Source: Octopus vulgaris (lineage: Eukaryota). From it: DNA of 64,000 nt. This document shows positions 53,594 through 64,000 of the stretch, piece by piece. The notes under the pieces are model-generated. The model had not been told where the DNA came from and made no database searches. It saw only the letters and a list, made by a program, of their open reading frames with translations. The stretch covers positions 36,580,001-36,644,000 of the forward strand of contig OX597836.1 in assembly GCA_951406725.2 (NCBI GenBank), given 5' to 3'. A program made the position numbers and the translations under genes. Position 1 is the stretch's first letter. Each line of letters begins with the position of its first letter.

Positions 53594-53655
<62 letters not shown>

Positions 53656-54029
53656 CAGCAACAACATTTAACATCCATATTTCTTCAGCTTACTATGTCA
53701 TAAACTCACTATTTACACCCACATCTTCATAAATATAAATTGAGAATCTATATTTATGGGTTATGTGTATGGATGTATATACACACACATGCATACATAC
53801 TTATATATATATATGCATATAATTTTATATATATGCACATAAGTATATATATATACATATATGTATATAAGCATATATATATATGTGTGTGTGTTGTGTG
53901 AGTGCATGTGAATGTAAATATACATATACACATATATGTGTATGTGTGTGTATTTTTTTGTACTTTCAGTTCAGAGCTGTGGCCATGCTGGAGCACCGCC
54001 GTTTTGCTACACTATTATTACTGAGAGCT

Positions 54030-54690
54030 TCTTCTAAAACCTGGCACTTGGTGAAGAATGGAGTTTGACGTGGCTACCTGCATTTGCACCTCTTGCCTTG
54101 AGGTAGGTTCATCTGGACTCTCGACTGGCACACGTCCAGTTTCGATTTGAAAACACCTACATCAACCTTGTGCAGGTCCCTAAGGTTATTTGAGGGAATA
54201 TTAAAAAGTTGTGGCCCCCTGAAACCCAGGCTGTTCCAGTAACATCGCAATGACATTGCTGGGATGTTTGGCACGGTGCAGTTTCAACCCTTTATGGCAT
54301 TGGTGTAGCTTTCAATGCCAAAATTTGGTACAATTCTTTCCCGGATTTTCCAGATGTATATGCTGCATACCTCTCCCGCCTTCGCTCCATGGACCAGAGT
54401 CTTAACTGTTTCAGCCTTTCCCTGTAGCTGAGCTGTTGCAATGAAACGATCTTCTTTGTGAAGCTTCGTTGGAATACTTCAAGGTCAACTGTTAAATATA
54501 CACTGTTGGGTGACCATAGCTGGGATCAGTAATCTAGGCAGCTCTGGTTCTGAACGTTCTCAGGATAACATCGTGCGAGTCGTCTGCACATTGTCGCCAT
54601 CCTGGTAATGTGCACTTGGAAAGAGGTATCATCACATATGTCGATACCCAGGTCTCTCTCTGATTTAGGCTCTCGGATGGAGTCCACACT
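54030..54690 (-). mobile_element. CR1/L2-group LINE 3' fragment, decayed
   Basis: LDY.SQLWSP, DLEVFQRSFTKKI, SYRERLKQLRLWSMERRRERY, NSLGFRGPQLFN, FKSKLD. Confidence 0.8.
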
Positions 54691-54853
54691 GTATTATCTG
54701 TATATATATTGTTGTGTCTTGTGGGGGATACTTTTTAGAGTGAATTGATATCTACTTGGACTTGTCTCCCTACTTTCTTATATATATACATATATATACA
54801 CACACACACACACATATATATATACATATGAATACACACACACAAACACACAC

Positions 54854-54888
<35 letters not shown>

Positions 54889-55328
54889 TATATGCTGCCT
54901 CGGATTTTACCGAAAAAAGCATGTTGTTTGCTGATTTTAACCCACGCTGGTGGAAGGGGGAGAGCAGAAATTCTTCGCTTGCATGTTTGAATTTGCTGGC
55001 ACTGTTAGTTTCGAGTAGATCTTCAGAGGCGATGGGAAGCCGAAAAAGTATGCTCCTACTTTCAGTGTTTTCAAATCCAAACCAGGGAGTTCTGAGCTGA
55101 TGATAGAAGTGTCGTTTTTGACTAATCTTGAAACGTACGTTCTGAAATAACCTTTGCATTTGATTTTTTTAATGTTTCTACCCTCATACTTTCGTGAGTT
55201 AAATTGAGCAAACACTATACGAGAGAGATTTTCTTTAAGTATTGGAAATAGTTTTAAAAAAGTTTTTTTAGCTGCTATTTCTAATGAGTTCAGTATGCGG
55301 CAAAGTAATTTATTTTACTAAGCCCTTT

Positions 55329-55665
<337 letters not shown>

Positions 55666-56343
55666 GTGTCTCGAGTAGAAAAGAATATACGTATATATGT
55701 GTGTGTTTGCGTTTGTTTGTGTCAGTGTGTGTACTCACGTATATAAATTTTACATATATAAATACATATATTTGCCTATATATTTATGTCTCTAGATGAG
55801 TGTGCATGAATGCATGCAAGTGTGTATTTATATATCCACGGGCATGTATAGCATGTATATAGGAATGCTTCACTGTTCCAGATGCGACCAGTACTACTTG
55901 CGCAAAGTACAAAGTACAAATACATTTATTTAATCTTTAAACACTCCATAGAATTTGAAATTCGCCAGAGACGAATATTTATTTTGGTTGCTTGAATAAT
56001 TTGTCTTTCAATAATAGATGATAAATCGCACATATAAAATCAATTATGCTGTTACGTAGTTCACTGCTTCAGTTTCTATAGTCTATATATATGGTTTTAC
56101 AATTGAAAACATGCACGTAGTTCAACTCTATATAAGTTTAATTATATATTCTCTGTGCCCATTTTGCACGAGTCTCTTGCCAAAATGTTAGGTAAATTAG
56201 TTTAATTTTTCTGTTATAAATAACAAAGAAGCAAAAATAAAATCGATTTAACCGCAAGCAACAAAAAATACAGAAGAAATAATCTTTCAAGTGAATCTCC
56301 AAATCCCTTTGTATTTAAATATTATTTAAAACTCAAGCATATA

Positions 56344-56506
56344 GGCGCAGGAGTGGCTGTGTGGTAAGTAGCTTGCTTCCCAACCACATGGTTCCGGGTT
56401 CACTCCCACTGCGTGGCACCTTGGGCAAGTGTCTTCTACTATAGCCTCGGGCCGACCAAAGCCTTTTGAGTGGATTTGGCAGACGGAAACTGAAGGAAGC
56501 CCGTCG

Positions 56507-56537
<31 letters not shown>

Positions 56538-56716
56538 ATAATTTTGTCACCCAACATCGCCGTAACGTCCCCGTAACTTAGTGGTTCACCAAAAGAGAAC
56601 GATAGAAGAAGTACTAGGCTTACAAAGAATAAGTCCTGGGTTCGATTTGTTCGACTAAAGGCGGTGCTCCAGCATTGCTACAGTCAAATGACTCAAACAA
56701 GTAAAGAGTAAGAGTA
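56344..56716 (+). mobile_element. SINE family A
   Basis: ggcgcaggagtggctgtgtggtaag... through tail. Confidence 0.92.
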
Positions 56717-57366
56717 TATGTATCATTTACTGATGCACAAAACTTTGAATGTTGGACTTAGGTACCAGAAAACTTGCATCATGAATCATATATACAGGGG
56801 AGGGACATAATAAAGTTTTTATCTTGTTGCTGGTATTTTCTGAAAAATATGTGGGTCGGATGCAATATGATATTCACCACCTAAATCCATCCGGTATCAT
56901 TATATTTTATATTATATAACAGTTTATCCAAATTAAAGCATTCCTGTAGAAGTTTATATAGTAGATATAAATAATCCAGTGCAAGACTCAATAGTTGGCC
57001 TGAGAATCCAAGACGTTACTGTGTTTCTATACGTGAATTTGTTTTGAGTACAGAAATGGTTGCACAACACTTAACCTACTTTTCGACGCAGCTGCACTCC
57101 AGCTTCTTTGTGAGCTTACCCTCTCCTACAAAAATTAGGGGTACTTCATTATCAGTGATTCATACACTAATCAATACATTGCTCAGACCCTAACAGGTGT
57201 TAATCCCCGATATGACTGCGAATTCTGATAGGAACCTGTGTAAGGGTTGCCTGAGGTTTCTCCAAAAGTATCCTAGGGACGATAGATGGACGTACATACA
57301 TTTAGTTATTTATTTATATTTATAAAGTGTGTGTCTGTGTGTGTGAATGTGTGCATGTGTATGTAT

Positions 57367-57841
<475 letters not shown>

Positions 57842-58230
57842 TGAATAACATGACTTTTGTAACCAATCTATTATCTCTTTAACAAAGAAACTCTTATTAC
57901 ATTAATATTCTATATGTATAATTCCGTTATGAGAAAAATAAAAAAAATTCATATAGATATTGGTGCATATTTTTGCGTAAGTATATATTATGCATGTTGC
58001 TTCTATTTGTTGGACTTATGCGTATGCAGAATAATAATATTTTAATAACCCTGGTCTAACTGTATGTTATATGTATATATTGACTGAGATTTTAAAATTT
58101 ATAAGATTGCATCTCTCGTAACTAACTATCTGTTTATATTATATCATAGTATAAGGTATATTGGAATCTACTATATGTATCGTGAAGTGAAGATTACACT
58201 GAATCTAATAATATTATTATTATTATTATA

Positions 58231-58274
<44 letters not shown>

Positions 58275-58335
58275 GATTAATATTATTATTATTATTATTA
58301 TTATTATTGATAATAATAATAATAATAATAATAAC

Positions 58336-58400
<65 letters not shown>

Positions 58401-58697
58401 TAATAATAATAATATTAGTAAGAATTAAATATTGTATGTGTATTTATGAATATGGATGTATATGTATGTTCAAGTATATATGTGTATATATATATATATG
58501 TATATGATTAATTGTCTATATTCTGGTATGTATTCTTGTACATATGTTTAATTGTGCCTATTTATGTACATGCAGGGATATATATATGTTGTTTATGTAT
58601 ATATATATATATATGGATATATATTTATATATATATATTAAATTGTCCGTGTATCCTGTTTCATGTATATATTTATATTTTTAAAGTACTTTATAAT

Positions 58698-58711
58698 CTC
58701 TGACGTGGCCT

Positions 58712-58748
<37 letters not shown>

Positions 58749-58845
58749 TACCCCATTTTTAACTGCCTACAACCTCAATATAATTGACAAGTATAGGCAC
58801 ACAAAAAATTACTTTTTTCCATAGGCTGAGACAGCTGCTGTAAGT
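58698..58845 (+). mobile_element. Decayed PLE-like end with a degenerate hammerhead outline
   Basis: ctCTGACGtggcct...aggctGAgAcagctgctGTAag. Confidence 0.35.
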
Positions 58846-59068
58846 GATTTTAATGATTCTAACAATTTATATTAATGTTGTTGTTTTTTAATAACTACCT
58901 GTATTCTTATCTTTAATGCATTGAATTACATACTGTACATATGTATTTTATTATGGTTGTAGTTTTGTTAATTGTATAAGACAACATTCTAATATCCTAA
59001 AGCTGATAAACCAACTAATGTGTTTCTCCATTTTCTTATTATATATATATACACACGCACACACACAC

Positions 59069-59129
<61 letters not shown>

Positions 59130-60318
59130 TAGCTTACAGCAGTGGGCTAACAATATACGTAATGTCTACGCTTATTACTTGGTGACCACTTGCATGTCCC
59201 GTAGCTAATTGAATACTTGACTAAATTAAAATATGGTATAGTTCATTTAAAAGAACCAGTGCTTCTCTAAAATACACAAATAAGTTTAGTCAAAAATGTG
59301 CTACGATAGAATTGGGTGTAGAAAGTCTTGCTTCACCTTCATAGCACATTAGCTTCCATATTTCTGTGTCATATTCGCTGTAGATTTGCACGGGGTACAA
59401 GCGTACTCTCTAAAATTTTCTGTGGGTCAATGAAGACGCTTTTGACATCCTACGTGGAATTTGGGTTTGTATCCCCGAAGCAAACTTCGTTCCCACACCT
59501 TTTTGCACTTAAATATATAGATCCTAATGAAAGGAATCCTGTTTGTATGTACCGTATAATATAACTTCCGGGGTAAAACGTAATCAAACCAGAGACAGAC
59601 GAACGCTTGATTTCTTCTTTAAATCATTTTTGTTCTCTTACTGTAGTGTTCTCAGCCGTTCTCAGGAGATCTCTACGACGGTATTAGAAAAGCGCAAGCC
59701 ATAAGAATTCTTAAGCATTCTTATTTAGCAGAATTTGGCCAAATCGGAAGAAGCCCAACACATTATATAATCATTGGTGATGTGAAACAAAAACAACAAA
59801 AAATAATGATTTATTACAGAGAAGCTTTCGTAAATGATCTTAATTCAAAAAATTTACTAAATATCAAAGTAAAATAAAAACAAAATATAATCTATTCTAC
59901 ATAAGATTTCGTATAAGATCTAATTTGATAAATTTAATACTAATTCTAACTGAACATTGGTGATGTGAAACGAAAACGAAAGAAAAATTTTGCGACGAAA
60001 TATCATCAATAAGAGAAGCAACAAAGAATAAATTTGTACTTAATCCATCTCATTTCTCTTGATTTTCAAAAAAGAAGCAATTATTATAATTAAATTCTAC
60101 TGAAGCTAGCTAAACGAACGGAATCTGCGAATCGCGTCAAAGCTGATATATTAAAGACATTGAGTTGGGTGGCAAAACTGTCAAATCTGAGGAAAATTAT
60201 AGCTCCAAAAACTACAGTTATGCCATAATATGCGCGTTTATGTGCATGTATGTATGCATACGCACAGACATACACGCATGCAATCACAAAATGTAAAGAT
60301 TACGATCTACTGAAAGTA

Positions 60319-60850
60319 TTTGGTTGTCCGGAAAGTTCGTGCCGATTTTTAAAGGAGAGAAAAATGTCAATAAATACGTACCATTACATTTTTAATCAAC
60401 CAAATATGAAACATTCTATTGCACAACGCGTTTCCATCTTTCAGTTAACTTGAAAATACCCTCTCCACAGAATTGAGGTGGTTTCATGGCAAAGAATTCA
60501 TCAAGGTATCTTTTTACATCTTCCAAGAAATTGAAATTTTTAACATTAAGACTATTCTGCAGAGACCTGAATAAATGGAAATCCGAAGGAGCAACATCTG
60601 GTGAATATGGAGCGTGGAGTAACATATCCCAGCCGAGTTGCAGCAATTTTTCTCTAGTTCCCAAAGCATCAAGTGCCGAAAATGAACTTTCTTATTTTCT
60701 ATTTTATAGGGTTACAGAATTAACACAGGTTATAGGAACATAAACTTCTTCCACGAAAAGATAGCTTAAACTGTGCTCTAAATGGAGGTGTAGTCAAATC
60801 CTATTTTATGGACTCAAACATGTTCTAAAATAAGTCGAAAGATAAGTACT
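60319..60850 (-). pseudogene. Internally deleted mariner (DD34D) element
   Basis: TA|tttggttgtccggaaagttcgtgccga TIR; 60416-60664 encodes LGWDMLLHAPYSPDVAPSDFHLFRSLQNSL...GIFKLTERW. Confidence 0.9.
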
Positions 60851-60869
60851 GGTTGGCACAGGTTGTTAG

Positions 60870-61185
60870 TACTTGTTCGCACTCAGTCAGTTATGATGAC
60901 GAGGGGTCCAGTTGTCCCGTCAATGAAACAGCTTGCTCGTGTAATTAACTCTCACCCGAACACTCCATATCCTTAACGTGGTTCTCAGGAAGATTCAGCG
61001 TGACACGAAATGTGACAAAGATGGCGCTTTGAAATAGAGTTACAACTCATTTTTGCCATTTTTGTGAACTGAAATTACGTGAAATAAAGTGTGTTGCTGA
61101 AGTGCACGACGTGCCGCAGGGAATCGAAATCATTACCTTCTAATCACGAGTCGAATTCCCTAACCACTAAGCCACACGCCATCAC
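60870..61185 (-). mobile_element. SINE family C, diverged
   Basis: aacagcttgctcgtg..attcagcgtgacac..gggaatcgaa..ccctaaccactaagccacacgcc. Confidence 0.75.
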
Positions 61186-61318
61186 ATGTTAATTAGTATA
61201 AACAGATAAAAAAGAGAAAGACATTTGGTACAGGAAGACGTGGGTATCCCGTGTTTTCAGCAAAGGAGTTTATTTTACACCCCCAGATTTTTGCAGAGTT
61301 TTTCAAACTACACCGATA

Positions 61319-61360
<42 letters not shown>

Positions 61361-63392
61361 ACTCACACACACACACTCACACACACACACACAGCTCCAT
61401 CACCATAAATGTTTTTTCTCAATTCTTTTCAAAATTGTTTCGGGATTTCCACGGAGTTTTTCTGGAAAATATATATATATTTTCATAATTTTAATTTTGT
61501 TAGAAAATCATCCCCCTTACCCTCCACCACATTTCATGCCAACTTTGCAGATATTATTGAACTCGTTTGCGCATTTACGCACTCATGAATTCTGGATGAA
61601 GCGATACATGAGATGAAAGAGGACTCAAAATAGATGCTCAACATTCTTGAAATAAGAAGAAAATTTGACATGTTATGTTTTCTAAAATTCAGGTTTTTTT
61701 TTACACCAATCCCTCGTTTACCCTATTTCGATAGAGATACACGATGGATATGCGTCGATGCCTATTGAACCAGGAAATGAAATTATTATAACCTCGATGT
61801 GGGCGCATGATATTCTACATATAACAGCTAAAACTCCGAAAAATGATTTTTTCAAAAACATTTTTCTTTTTCATAACATCGCCTCTTCTGTTTTTCGGTT
61901 TAATGAAACTCTTTGTCACTTCATACACAGAATCTGTTAACCATAACACCCATAATAAACATTTCTTCTTCAAAGTGCCTAATATTTAATCTAAGTTCTT
62001 CACAATCAGTGTATACCCTAAACACCCTTCAAAGTTAACGATATTGCAAATATGCTATCCGAAGGCACATTAATGTTCTTTATAATATTTGCCAATATAT
62101 TATCCCTTACAAATCCGCTTAAAAGGAATAATATCTAACTTCAAAATACCAGTACACGAGCTATATCTTTAGACTTCCACTTCTTATTCGCTAGTACACC
62201 AGGTTCAATTAATTAAGAAAACTACAACTCCCTACCTGCATTGTTTACTACTTAGATACACACGAATAAGCATTATACATGTGGCAGTTTCTCTTTAGTA
62301 AGCAAACAAATATGAAGTGCGAAAGAAATTTACTATTGTTATATGTTATGCTTGAGAGATACATTATATGTGTTTGATGCGAGAATATTGATTATTTTCT
62401 ACAGATTTATGATATTTGACCGGGGAATGCTTTAGTAAAATTTCTGACTTTGTACAAAGTAGAAAACTGAAGAAGATATTTTTTTTTATTTGTTATATGT
62501 CCTACTGATGTCTGTATTCACTCTTGCATGTACAAATCTATGAACAAATTTATCCCATATGCGACCCTCTGGTCATGTGAATATCACTATGACTCCATTC
62601 TGTAACACAACGTTCTACAATTCCTGACGATATTGCATGACTTAATACAGGCGAACATGAATGTTAGTTTACTCAAGTCGTTGGCACTTGAATAATTATA
62701 TCTAATATACGAGTGGAGGAAGCTTTATAGGTGCATAACATATTCAGGTGTGACATTGTCTTTTAATAATGGACAAAGTTCAGACAATTCATATCGTGTA
62801 GAATTACCTCGACATAAACAAACATTCAAGTGTAAAGACATATGCATATGTGCGTAAGTATGCATATATATATATATATATACATGTGTGTGTGTCTTTT
62901 GTTTGTATGGTTGTATGTATATGTACGTTTTAAATGTATATATCATTTTCCGAACTATACCGAGCATGTTCTAGCGTAGAGTAGTAATAACACTTACAGT
63001 TGAATACATCATAGAATTTCATGTGGCATATATTTTGAAATTTACTTTCAGTTTTAAGAAATGTTTTCTGTTTACGCAATAGATTTTATGGGGGATGAAT
63101 ATAAAATGAAATATGATGCTATACATTTCAATATATTTAGTTCAATATCTCAATACCGATTTCTATAAACGAAATCATACAACTACAATTTCGCAATAAG
63201 TTCTCTGGTATGTAATTGTAATAGTATTATATACTGCCCATTAATAGTAAGTATTGTAAGCGAAACACAGAGTGATGGATTTAAATTGACCCTAGACATC
63301 AGTGACATGCAAAATTCATCGATTTAACATCAACCAACTACATTGCCGTTAAATATTTACATCTGATTATACATATCACTTTATTTTGAAGT

Positions 63393-63668
<276 letters not shown>

Positions 63669-64000
63669 CAGTTTGATTCAAATCTGTTGGTACTCTTGAG
63701 TTTCAAGCATGATGCTAGTCGCCAACCATTTATATATACATTCCGTATACTGAAGCGAAATTTGAAAATCTTGCAGCTCTGAAATGGAAATATTTCATTA
63801 GATATCATCGAGGCAAGTGAAAGATTATAGAGTCTATTTGATATTTTCTGACATCCTCTAAAAAGAGTATTAATAATGTCCACAATTTAAGGAAAATATA
63901 CATTTCCATATAATCGGATAGATATCAATATCCGGTAAACACGAGTAAATATTCTATCGTTGGGGATTTTATTTATAATTTATAATATAAACTCCGTGCG

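Noticed and set aside
59772-59980. About 25-bp direct repeat cattggtgatgtgaaac.aaaac
   Set aside because: Only two copies with no further structure; probably a local duplication

Overview
AT-rich, microsatellite-saturated animal genomic DNA with no confidently identifiable host gene. The SINE families, (TA)n/(CA)n/(GATA)n tracts and overall texture look like a coleoid cephalopod, probably Octopus; this is inferred from recognition, not from a search. Contents: three tRNA-headed SINE families (many copies, some with TSDs, one forming internal tandem arrays); non-autonomous Helitrons; mariner, hAT and Merlin-like MITEs; decayed maT/mariner, piggyBac and Chapaev3-like transposases; and CR1, RTE and R4/Dong-like LINE fragments. 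Most notable is a dense population of Penelope-like element (PLE) pieces and short non-coding PLE-derived ends. These carry at least six distinct minimal type I hammerhead ribozyme motifs (CUGANGA...GAAA-palindrome-UH), one with a compensatory stem I change between copies. They sit beside (TA)n tracts and repeatedly form fold-back palindromes centred on (TA)n or on the ribozyme stem II. Most ORFs in the supplied track are microsatellite or SINE artefacts. Coordinates were read by eye and may be off by a few bases.
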